DNA from: Ramazzottius varieornatus
Lineage: Eukaryota; Animalia; Tardigrada
Assembly: GCA_001949185.1 (NCBI GenBank)
Contig: BDGG01000006.1
Span: 2,276,827 to 2,340,826 of the forward strand
Direction: 5' to 3'
DNA: 64,000 bases
Shown in pieces: positions 38,302-49,582 of the stretch. A model generated the notes under the pieces. It was given only the letters and a program-made list of their open reading frames with translations, was not told the origin of the DNA and did no database searches. The translations under genes were made by a program, and so were the position numbers. How positions within the stretch are numbered: the first letter of the stretch is position 1; every line of letters begins with the position of its first letter.

Positions 38302-39320
38302 TTGCTATGAAATTTCATGCTCAGACTGAATCTTTCCTGAATCAGGATGTAGTCTGAATCAGGATGTAGTCTACCGTGCTATGTAGTAGTTGTTCCAGTA
38401 CTGTTCCAATGTGACTTTCGGGATTTTAAATTTTTAATTGCAATTACGATTAATTGGAATACCCGGAACAGCAGCAATTCCAATTTTCGGACAGCAACTC
38501 ACTGTCAGCTAAATCAGAAATTACACTACAATGAAATTCAGCTCGCGACAGCAATTTAAATCATTTCAATTGCTGTGGCCCATTTTTGAGATTCGAATAT
38601 TCATATAATTGGTGTTAAGGCAGCTTGAGTCTCTCGTTCTATGCGCGTGGAATGCCCGTCAGATGTTCAGCACGACGCGCTGAATGATCAGGTACTATAG
38701 TGCCCCCTCGAACCTCGCGCGAACGTCGTCATATTCGCGAAACAGCCTTTGGACGGTTGGTAGGAAAAACTGTTGGGACCGGGGTTTAAATTCACGCGTA
38801 CGGTGATGTATCGCGCGTGGCTCACGAAGCAGTACAGTAAGCATCGTACCTTGCTCCGTTGTGCGACATGCACATACGCACAAATATTCTCCCAGTCAAG
38901 CACCAGAAACACGAAAAGATCCTGGAACTTAATGCACTCACATGCGTTTTACTGCGCTGTTGGCGCAAATCTAATAATCTGAATAATTATTTGGGTATTT
39001 AATTGTCAATTATAATTTCTTCTACTTTTCCGAATACCAACACAATTTTAGGTAATATTGAACTTGTCCAGCCGGGGATTTTCATTGTAATATTGGAATT
39101 CCATAACGGTCGTTTTTGGCCGTTTTCAATTATTAATGATCGGAACAACACTGGTTGTCCCGAGACATTCCCTACAAATGTCTGTCGTCGTTCTGTGATT
39201 TAACTTGCAATTTCCTGCAGCAAGTATTCAATAATCACGGACGCTCTATAGATCAAATAATTTAATGATTCTTGACTGACAAAAATAATACTTTCTGAAA
39301 AATCGAGCGGAAAGCTTCAT

Positions 39321-42300
39321 TCATGAATCAAGCTTCGCCTTTCGCTTCTCCCGCCCCAAAGGCCATCTGATGTTCTGAGAAAATTGTTCTTCATTCTGCA
39401 TAGAAGGACTCATAAATTGATTATCGTTCTGGAAATTAACCGGTCCCCTTCTGTCCACACGGTCTAAGCGATCCAGCCGGTCTCGCTGACGATTAGGTTG
39501 CTGGTTTCCATTGTTCTGGTTTTGTTGGTCTTGCTCAAAGTTACCGAAGGCATGTGTGCGTGAGCCACTGGGAAGCGCGCGATCCACCGGAAGATTAGGG
39601 CTGGGCGCTACATCGACAAATGCTACAGTTAGTACTACGATAGAGCGGTGGTGGCAAGAAAGTGGCGGTCCTTACTTATAGGGCTAATGGTGGTAGCAGC
39701 ATTTGGGTTAATTGTGACGACGCCCGGTACGATCTGGCCGTTGTTCAGGCCATTGTTGATTCCGGAGTATTGCGAACTGGAGGTTGCTCCATATTGCGCT
39801 GTCCCTGTTCCCGCTCCGAAGCCGAGGCCGTACTGCGGTACGGTCTGTAAACTGCAACACATTCGGTCAAGCGAACAACACCAACACTGGGCAGGGCCCG
39901 AGACAACGGCTTGAGACCAAAGTGATTCGGTCCACGGGATCTAGGAGCTACTGTACAGTGTTTATTTCAAGCCGATGCATTACCTTGTCCCGTAGCCAGA
40001 CTGCATTCCCACTCCTAAGCCTAAGCCCGGATACTGGCTCATACCCACACTGCCGAAGGGGCTCCCCAGCATCGACTGACCGTATAACCCGGCGCCACCT
40101 AGGCTCATGCCGCCGTACCCGCCGCCCTGCTGCAGGCCAACACCGTAGCTCCCAAGACCGCCTAGTTGGCTTCCATAACCGCCACCGAGAGCTGAAGAAG
40201 TATAGCTGAAACAGCATAAACTTGAAATATGCCGAGAAAACCAGTAAAGCCCGAACTCACCCGCCAACACCGCCGATGCCGCCGATTCCTGTGCCACCGT
40301 ATCCCCTGAAAAGAAAATATTTAATTTTTCTGTTCCTGATTATGAAAACATTCTACGGGAAAGTACCCCATTCCACCAATGCCACCAATGCCACCAATGC
40401 CACCAATTCCGGAAGTACCGTATCCGGACCCCATGCCCGTTCCGATACCAGCACCACCCCCGCCATAGCCACTACCGATGCCAGATGAACCGTAACCACC
40501 GACTCCACCACCTATGCCTATGCGGAAAAAGCTTCACGTATGGAACATTGATGGAACTAAAGGGGGGGGGGGGCATACCTCCAAGTCCACCACCGTATCC
40601 TCCAACACCAGCTCCGATACCACCACCGTACCCAGAGCCCACACCGCCTAGACCACCAGAACTGTAACCTGTGCCGATACCCGTACCGATGCCTCCTGTA
40701 CCGTAACCGAGGCTAGACCCAAAGCCTGTCTGTCCATAACCACCAGCCCCAATACCGCCAACACCACCCCCACCGTATGAGCCAAGTCCACCACCGATGC
40801 CTGTCTGTCCGTATCCTGCGCCGATGCCACCACCAACACCACCTCCGAACCCAGTCTGTCCGTAACCACCGACACCAGCACCGATGCCCGACTGACCATA
40901 CCCACCACCTCCTCCAATACCACCGATACCATTCTGTCCATAACCACCAAGTCCACCTCCCAATCCGGACATGCCATAACCGCCACCGAGACCTCCTAAT
41001 CCCGATTGTCCATATCCGCCGACGCCTAGTTGGCCAAGTCCGGACTGTCCGTAGCCCCCCAGGCCACCTCCGTAGCCACCACCACCACCACCGTAATGCA
41101 TAGCGCCTAGGCTTTGTGATCCATAGCCACCAAGTGCGCCGCCTCCGCCACCACCGTAACCACCCAGGCCTCCACCGACACCTTGCATCCCGTAGCCGCC
41201 CCCAAGGCCGCCACCTAGCCCACCTCCGTAGCCACTACCACCGCCCATGAGTCCTCCTCCATAACCACCTTGCATACCGTAACCGCCACCGCCGAAACCA
41301 CCACCACTGCCGCCGTAGCCACCTCCCCCACCTGAGTTTCCATAGCCACCGCCTCCGCCACTATTGCCGTAACCACCACCACCTCCGCCACTATTGCCGT
41401 AACCACCACCACCTCCGCCACCGTTACCGTTACCGTAACCACCACCACCTCCGCCTGTATTGCCATATCCTCCACCGCCACCGCTGTTCCCGTAGCCTCC
41501 ATTTCCACCTCCGTTACCGCCTCCGTAATTTCCCCCACCGTTGCTGTATCCACCTCCTCCGTTACTACCACCGCCGTAGCCTCCTCCTCCACTGTTTCCT
41601 CCATATCCACCACCGTTACCTCCGCCGTTGTTTCCGTAACCACCTCCACCGTTATTATTACCGCCGTAGCCACCACCACCCCCTCCACCTGAGTTTCCGT
41701 ACCCTCCCATGCTACTAAACCCACTGGAGCCCTGGTTGTAACCGCCACCGCCGCCACCACCACCGGATCCGTATCCGCTGTTTCCGTTGTTGTTGCTGCC
41801 TACCATTCCGTAGCTTCCAGAGTTACCTCCAGTATTCCCACCATAACTGCCTCCTCCGCCGTTATTTCCTCCATAGCCTGCGCTACCACCTGAGCCGCCA
41901 CCGTAACCTCCTTGGCTGTTACCGTAACCAGATGCTCCAGATCCACCAGAAGTGCCTCCATAACTGTTTGAGCCAGTGCCGTAACCTGCAGAATGTACCA
42001 CAGTTATGTCTCAACTTTGGGAAACTGGTCTTTCCATGAAATCATTTCTTGGCACTCACGCTGACCAGAAGCAGCTGGAGTTCCAGAATTGGTATTCTGG
42101 CTGGCAGACTGCGCAGATCCCGTACTGTACATCATGCCAATTTGCGAAGACCTGCGACAACGTAACTTGAAATCAGAAAGCCGTATAGAATGCTGCGACT
42201 AAGAGCACCGGTCAATTTGGTCATTGAATTTCACTCTGTGACGCTTACGCTGATGGTTGTGGAGCTCCGTTGCCCATGGCATACTGTCTGGGGCCGTTCT

Positions 42301-43400
42301 CGATCCTTTGTGGTCCCTCGTAGTTCCACGACGTCCGGCTCATCGTAGACTGGAACGTCCCGTTCCCGTTCGAGTGAGCTGGAATGGCTTCTCGTTTCTT
42401 TCGACCGCCTATCCTGCTCAATCCTCTTCCTGCCCCCCGCGATCCAAAACTGATTTGGTTGACACGAAACTGCGGTAAGTTCTCCGTTGTATCTTGTTCA
42501 ACCGCCGATGGTACCGTCACCGCTTCCACCGTCACAGGTTCAACCATCGGGAGCGCTGGACTGATAGTGCTGCTTCTGCGTGGGGCGTGAGTTCCATTCT
42601 GCACACTTGGGTCCTTCAGCACGCTGGACAGAGGAGTTTCGACGGCTGACACAATGACAACCCTGTCCAGCTGGGAAATGTTCTTTGGAGGAGCATGGGT
42701 GCCGTTTTGAGCAGAGAGAGGAAGAGCGTTCCATAGCGGAGACTCACTGGCAGATATCGTGCTGTTACTACTTTCCAAGCTGGTTGTGTTGCCTTCGAGG
42801 GTTCCGTTTTGGACAGCAGTGTATTCCGCGAGGGAAACATTGTTGCTAGTAGTGAAGTTGTCCACATGTTCGACCACGTATTCCACATTGTGCGAAGGCT
42901 CACTCGAAATTTCTTTTTGTCCTTTCGCCGACGTGTCGGCATTCGTTGTCAGCTGAACGTTGATGTCCGTACCTTCTGGAGCGCTTCCTGGAAGAACAGC
43001 ACAATTTGCACACGCTCCAATCAAGTAAAGGAAGCAGTTTCCGATACGACTGTGCTTAGAATTACTATACGGGAAATTTAACTGATGTCTTACCTGGGTT
43101 TGGACGAGGAGCTGGCGCAGCTTTGAGATCAAGGAGCTTTTCAGCAATGAGTGCATTCTTAAGCACTGCACCCGGGTTCGCGGCGCTAGTTCCCGTGCCA
43201 GCAGGGACTGCCAACCGTTGAGCAGTTCCGCCTGATGGGCTCGCTGCACTACCAGCAGCGCCTCCACAGGCTGTTCGGACTATTTGATTCCATAAAAAAT
43301 AATCATCTGCATCAGGAAATAATTCTGCGTCCAGAAAGGATATAAAAAATCCGGATAGAAGGAAGGGCGTTAGCCATAAATGCCATTTGAATCGTGTCAT
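39321..43400 (-). CDS. Large secreted Gly/Tyr-rich low-complexity protein (cuticle/eggshell-like), multi-exon
   Basis: Hydrophobic N-terminus MTRFKWHLWLTPFLLSGFFISFLDA; Ser/Thr/Asn-rich segment ending in RKKR; exon of more than 450 aa of GGY/GGN/GYGQ repeats (about 41986-40579); further short Gly-rich exons and a Gln/Asn/Arg-rich last exon. Linkage of all exons into one gene is inferred. Confidence 0.7.
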
Positions 43401-44358
43401 GGCAAAATCGGAGAAACAACGGAAACTAAGCAGTTTAAGCGTCGTAAGGTGCCACCACGCCAAGGATATGCTTGTTGACGCCGGACAGTTCAATCTAGAA
43501 TGAAGATGCCAAAAAGCAGGTTTGTAACAATGGCATCCTTAAATATACAACAGCGCAGTTATAAACAATTCAACGGCAACTGTCGAAAGATGAACACCAC
43601 GATAACAGTGTCCACTCTGAAGTCAACCACTGGTTAAACAAAGAGGTGGAGATGACTGTTTAAGTCAGAGCTCAGGTTGTCAGCTTGTGCTTGTGAGTCA
43701 ACGAGACTCCTTAAGAAACGAACGTTGGGGAAGGGAGAACAGAGGGAGTGCTGGTCGGGTACTCGAGAGAGTCAAATCGCCCACCAGAAATACGGTACAA
43801 CAACGGCCAGTTTTGATGGCCACAACACAGCAGTTGCTTGACGTTGTACAAGATAGTTTGGCTCAAACTCTTAGTCGGGAGCCGTTCTTCGAGCAAGACT
43901 AGATTCTTGGTAAAGACGGTAGTAAGAAACGAACGAGACGCTTCCTGTTGATAGTAAGGTATCACATTATCAAAGCTGTTTGGTGGTCAAGGATGTCTTT
44001 CCTGCTTGACATGAGGTAGGCTAACATTGACATAGCCATGCCGACACGTTATAGTCTGACTCTCAACTATTGATTAATTTTCACAAGTGTTGCGACAATA
44101 GCTGACATCGAACGCACTGCATCGTGGACGAGGTATCGCCTTGTAGATGAGTGCTGTAAACCACTGGCCGGGCCGTTCTTAGAGGTTAGTATGTATAGTA
44201 GGGATAAGATGGATTTGACGTCATGACTTCTTCGACCAATTAGAACAAAAATCTGGCTCTTCCTTTCCTTTCAACGCGGTCCGAAAATTTGGCCCAGAAC
44301 AACGTTAACCAGCGACGTTTGTACATGTTCCGTGTGAAGGATATTTCAGAGGTCAGTA

Positions 44359-44559
44359 CACGCACGACGGGAAGTTATGTGGCCAGTAAGAATTATGGGA
44401 CCAGGCGGAAAAGACGGCAAAATGGAAATTCAAACGTAGAAAAGTGTCCAAAAGTGCATTAATATGAATCCGTCGCGAGCGTACGTACTTCCGTACCGCC
44501 GTAGCGAAAAGGCCTGGTCCTATAATTTTTACTGGCCCCATAATTTCCCGTCGTGAGTG
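44359..44559. mobile_element. MITE with about 48-bp TIRs and TA target duplication
   Basis: cacgcacgacgggaagttatgtggccagtaagaattatgggaccaggc / gcctggtcctataatttttactggccccataatttcccgtcgtgagtg, flanked by TA. Confidence 0.8.
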
Positions 44560-47153
44560 TACAGTTTCGTGTTTTTCGTTCCGTTGATCACAACAGTCAT
44601 CTAGATTCTATGACGTCTTCCGAGTCGGCTGAGTCGGTCTGCTCTCTATGGCTAGTTCCCTAACACTCGACCGCGAAAACTGGCACAAACCCCTGCTGAA
44701 AAACAGAGTAGCTTCGGAACTGCCAAGTGGAGCGGCGGCATCGTGAAGACGAACATCCACGGTTTAAAGAGCGTACCAACGGATGCCCAAACTGCAGTCC
44801 ATGTCGATACTCGACTATACATCATCCGCAACATCATGGACGGCGAAATGGCGTTTGGGATGATTGCAATCAGGAGCGGTGACCAAGCGATCAGCGAGGT
44901 CGGTGCAATCCGGCTGACCACCAGCAAGTTGAAGAACGAGGTTCGAGTTCGAGTCAGATGCTGGATACGGTCAAACTTCTCTGATCTTAAATTTCCGAGG
45001 TAAGGAACATAATTCAGGCACAGCAATTTTTACAGTTCAGGCATATTTCTTGAGTTCCTGCTGCATTTAATCGCGTGCTTGTTTCTTTTCCAGCGGTAGA
45101 TCAATCTCTCTCCTCATGGTCCAAATATGTTTGGATACGATGAAATGTTGTAGGTCGAAAGAATCTGTTGTGAGGGAGAGACGGGTCTGCCCAATGCGAA
45201 AAAAACTAAAGTTGTATCAACAAGTGTACGATAAGAAATCAATCAAGCGTTGATAATAAAGCTTAAACTTTTCGCATCGCCCGAGTTATGTCCTGTACGT
45301 AGTTCCAGCCAATTATGGAGCGGCAGACGGTTTCACACTATCCATGACTCATCTGCCTTAACAACCAATAACTTAGCTGCTCTCGCTGAGAAATCACAGG
45401 GTAGCATAGATATGATACCGTCAACCGCTCAATAACTGACTGCAAAGCAGTGTTGTTCCGATAAAACGTATTTTGATGTATAATGCAGAATTCAATTTCG
45501 ATCTGGGCCGCTGTAACCATAGACTTAACATGGGCAACCGGATTTGAATTGGTTCTGCTGTCGTATCGAAACAACACTGCTGTAATAGAAAATAAGCAGA
45601 TTATTTGCGGTCAACTGTGGAGCGACTTCCTTCTCCTTCTCCGAGTTTCCTTCTCATATTTCCCCTCGTACGCACCCGATGTGAACGTTCGAGCTGTCCT
45701 TTCGAGCTAGTTTAACCGTATCCGGCATCGCTGCTTTCAGTGGTTCATCCACGTGAACGGGTACAAAAAAAGGAGGAGGACGACGGATAAGAAGTGAACC
45801 GTGAGAAAACTCTTCGATAATACTGGTAGGTTTTGGAAGGATAACTGAGTTTGACATGGTTTGATAGGCTCGGCAAATGAGTAATACAGATTGCCACTGG
45901 TTAGCATGAGGATTTGCACCAATATCTAAGCTGCAATGCAGAAACGCCAAAGTCAGCTTTTCTAATTCGATTGCCAAGTTGGTTCGGAACTTTTCTGTTC
46001 TCTCGCGATATTTCCGATGACGTAGGTGTGTTTACATCAAGTTGGGGATAAAAACTCAAACATGGAACTTTTTCGACCGTATTTGACTTGCTGCGGTATG
46101 CCTTCCCTACCGGAAGACATGGCAGCCAAGTTTTTCACGCAGTATGCCAGAACAACTAATCGAATCATGGCCCGGCCGAAGCAGCTCAAAAAATTGTACG
46201 GAAAGTGTGGAAGTATGAATGGTAAAGCAGCAATCTGACTTTTTCCCATCGAAATGTCAGGTTGTAGCAAGTTGGCGTGGACAGGGTGTATTATGCGCAT
46301 CAGAATCAAAAGCCGAATCGTTCCACAGATCAGCGGCAACCGCCCTTTTTGTGCTGGGTGAGTTCATAACACTTCAACCTTTACGACTCGCAGAAGACCA
46401 GTTCAGACTACCGTGTTCTGGATATTTTTAGGGTATGATTAACCTAAAGTTACTTCAGGGAGTTTATTCGGCTGGACCTCCAAAGAACGTCCGTTAACGA
46501 ATTAGGTCTGCAGACTCCGCCAAAGGTACGAAACGAAGATACGTGTGGGAAACGTGTTCGATCCTCACCAAGCTGAAAGTCAGGGTCGGTAAAAGAATAT
46601 ACCGGAAGAGACAGTCTATGTAACTGATCGTAAGAGCGCCAGAAGCCATACGGCGGCTCCCATCAGAGTGCTTTGTGTAGGTGCGAAGTGGATGAGACGG
46701 ACTGGTAAAGACGGAACTCCGGCTCCATTTGGGAAAATGACTAGTCAGGTTCCACTACACCTACGTCCCTCGGGCTCACCCAACCCGGCACCTGGCGCTC
46801 TTTGCTATCGGGAGATCCTATTAACGCACCTGACAGGAGAAATGCACGTCTAGATACGCGGGGCTGCCCCCGGGGTAGGACCCCTGGTGACCGTGTTGTT
46901 TGAGGGGAACTACCCTTGACCTTCCAACCTGACGAGCTGACCTTTCTTCAGTGACCTTTATCGGAATGTTACTCACGTAACTCACCGCCTAACGTCATCA
47001 CCTCGACCGGAAGTGATGACGTCATCGGCGCGCTCCGATAACGCAGTTATCATTTTCTTTGATTTATTGTGTGGGTCTTCTTTCTTTCTTCACGTTTTAT
47101 TTGTTGACCATTCTTTTCTTACAAGTACAAAGTCTAAGAAGAGGAGAAGAATG

Positions 47154-47501
47154 CTAAGACTCAGAAATGCCTTCGTCAATGTCCAGCTCCATGAGCAGGT
47201 CGTTTTCGTTCTTCTTCAGTTCTTCCCAGCAAAAGTAATCCTCAGCAGGAATCGGCAGCGTCTTCCCGTCCTTGGTCACCTTTTTTAGCAGACAACGATC
47301 CTTCAAGTCCTGGTACACCATTTTGGCGCACGAATTGATTGCGCACGTTTCGCAGCACGAAGGCAGTCCCTTGTATTCGTGTCCAAAGGCATGGCAGTAG
47401 GCCGTAAATTTTCCATACTGCACGCTTATCAGGAACTCTCGACGACATCCTTCATCCGCAGCGATGATCCGGATAACGTCCTCGCACGTGGGATAAACCA
47501 T
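47154..47501 (-). CDS. Small Cys-rich hypothetical protein, probably Polinton-borne
   Basis: Intronless 115-aa ATG ORF co-oriented with the protease; TATATAAA about 45 bp upstream and AATAAA downstream on the minus strand. Confidence 0.55.
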   Translation of the reverse strand: MVYPTCEDVIRIIAADEGCRREFLISVQYGKFTAYCHAFGHEYKGLPSCCETCAINSCAKMVYQDLKDRCLLKKVTKDGKTLPIPAEDYFCWEELKKNENDLLMELDIDEGISES

Positions 47502-47576
47502 GTTGGTAATGGAAAGGAAATAAAAATGAGATATATGGCTCGTTTATATACAGAAAATGCAGAACGGCATTAACAA

Positions 47577-48212
47577 CTACCTAAAGGATTCGGTACGTTT
47601 CGAGATTAACATCTTCGAATACCGCAATGAGGATTCCAGCCCCATGGTGTAATTCGTCTCAGAAGCATAGCATCCAAATATTCGTGCATTTTGGCTTTTT
47701 TCTATCGCAGTATATTTTTTTGTTGTACGATTTCTTAAAAAATCATCGTCTTGGATTTCTGTGTTCAAATCAAAAAAATGGTTGACGCATTGGCACACCA
47801 TGATATCATTGGCCTTTGTATATTCAGTAAACAAATGTATAGTATGCGAATATGTTTCATGACCAGCTCGTCGTAATAAAAAGATCAAATATTGTCCGCA
47901 GACCGTGCTCGATTCGGACTGTGACTGATGAGACTGAGAAATAATGCGGTTCTTTTTTGCCACTTTGGCCAAATGAGGAGAATAGGTTCCTAGTTCTTTT
48001 CCAAAAGAATCAAAGGTCTCATTGACACCCGCCTTACCCTGGTACAAGGCTACCCAATGGGAGCCCGGTTCGTCGCTCGCATCCGTATTAACAATGCATC
48101 CCGAAGACAGTTGAGCGAATTCGGGAACTTCATCGCTGCTGAAAACTCCTCGAAATATTCGTCTCGTACCAGGATGCGTTCTTAAGGCTCGATCAATCTC
48201 TTGGGTGTTCAT
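47577..48212 (-). CDS. Adenain-like (Polinton PRO) cysteine maturation protease
   Basis: MNT.EI...FRGVFSSDE.P, IVNTD...PGSHWVA, FDSFG and Q...STVCGQY place His/Asp/Gln/Cys catalytic residues in adenain order. Confidence 0.92.
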   Translation of the reverse strand: MNTQEIDRALRTHPGTRRIFRGVFSSDEVPEFAQLSSGCIVNTDASDEPGSHWVALYQGKAGVNETFDSFGKELGTYSPHLAKVAKKNRIISQSHQSQSESSTVCGQYLIFLLRRAGHETYSHTIHLFTEYTKANDIMVCQCVNHFFDLNTEIQDDDFLRNRTTKKYTAIEKSQNARIFGCYASETNYTMGLESSLRYSKMLISKRTESFR

Positions 48213-48910
48213 GATGCAATTTGGCGTTGTTCGTTAATCTACAGGACAAAATGTTACGAAAAGGTAAGGTTCGATGGGAAGAAAAACTTGTCTTACTTCA
48301 ATCAAGTTGTCGTAAACCAACATGGCCGCCATCATGATCACTTCCTTCAATGGCTCCGCAAAAGAAACTGATACTGAAAGTGTACCCTGCTTGATGAGGT
48401 TCATTGGTCCACGACCAGTGGATCCCGGGGTTAAATCAAAGCCAAAGATGGTGTTACCCTGTTCAAATCCATCTCGATCGAAATTACATTGACCGTTGGG
48501 TTCATAGCGCATGCCCAAAGTATTGAGCAGGCCATCGTAAGCTTCCAGGCTTTGATGCTTGGGAAAGTTCATATGATACGGTTTGGTTGGAAAGCTTTGT
48601 CCATCCACTTCAACACTGAGTTGCGTAATATTATAATGTTGAAAGTTGAAGGGTGGTTTTTTAATGCGTCCTTGATAATCCTCGCTGGCTACAAAGCCAA
48701 GGAAGACCACTTTGGGTGGAGCACCAATGTGTAAATTGGAAATTATGGTGCTTTGCAGCCCACGCACAATATCGGTGGTACGCATGGTTGTACGTTCGAT
48801 AGCATATTTGATTGCCTGCTTTTGGAGTTCTTCTGTGACTTGAATCAAGTAATCTGGAGCAGAGATGAACCGCCGAATAGCGATCTTGGAATTACGAATG
48901 ACAATGTAAA
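48209..48910 (-). CDS. Polinton major capsid protein (double jelly-roll, PY), 5'-truncated, with intron 48239-48296
   Basis: Y.I.R, NLHIGAPP...GFV, PFNFQH, VDG..FP..P...NF, EAY..L, GNTIFGFDLTP, GTLSVSVSFAEPL and YDNLIE|INEQRQI match the C-terminal half of Polinton MCPs as recalled. Confidence 0.88.
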
Positions 48911-49465
48911 AGCTCGGAGTAAAAGTGAATTTCACGGAAGTGAAACTAAAATGCATGGTCTATGATCGGTATTAAATTCAGTTTTATGCTTTGAAACAGA
49001 AACAACATGAGGAAGATGAAGTTCTATCTTCCTCTAACCATGATATCAAGTTTGGTTTGGATAAATCTAGGCTGTAGACGCTAGAAATAATAATTTAAAG
49101 AGCGGACGTCGGTTTGTCGTGGTTTTTAACTGGTTTCTTTACTTTTTGAGGCCGTAATCTTCTAAATGTGTTTAAAATTGAAGGTATTTTAAGAGTAAAT
49201 AGCTGTTAACGAGGGATTAAAATACCTTTATCAAAACTAAGACTAAACTCCGTGGGACTAAAACTTCATCTCGGAAGTGAAACGAAAATTCAAGGGAGTA
49301 AAACGCCTTCGAACGAGAGTAAAACTAAATTCGCCGCGAGTAAAACTGAGTCGTCTGAACTAAAACTGTATACTTTGAGACTGAATTATTTTACTCTGGA
49401 GTAAAACTAAACGCAACACTGTAAGACTGGAACAGTTCTCGGGTATCCGGAGGGAGTGAAAATTC
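48911..49465. repeat. Degenerate array of GAGTAAAACTAAA-type units (about 21-22 bp spacing) truncating the capsid gene
   Basis: ggagtaaaagtgaa, gaagtgaaactaaa, gactaaaact and gagtaaaactaaa variants recur at about 48916-48950 and 49230-49465. Confidence 0.6.
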
Positions 49466-49582
49466 AATCAAGGCGGTTGACCGGAAAATGATCGGCTCGA
49501 AGCCACTATTTTGTACCCGACAAATAAAATAATCCGATTTTGCAGCGAATATTGAAAACAAGGTGGAGCTCTGTGATCGCGT

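Larger units (their letters stand above)
46860..48910 (-). mobile_element. Polinton/Maverick (adintovirus-like) endogenous viral fragment
   Basis: Tandem major capsid and adenain-type protease genes followed by a small intronless ORF; boundaries are approximate. Confidence 0.85.

Noticed and set aside
40648-41763. Val/Ala-rich and His/Arg-rich alternative-frame ORFs
   Set aside because: Frame artefacts of the Gly-codon repeats.
45470-45495. FCIIHQ on the minus strand resembling the hAT CxxH motif
   Set aside because: Surrounding frames show no recognisable hAT transposase sequence.
46180-46215. KKLYGKCG resembling protein-primed PolB motif B (NSLYGKFG) near the Polinton fragment
   Set aside because: No other PolB motifs in frame; short chance match.
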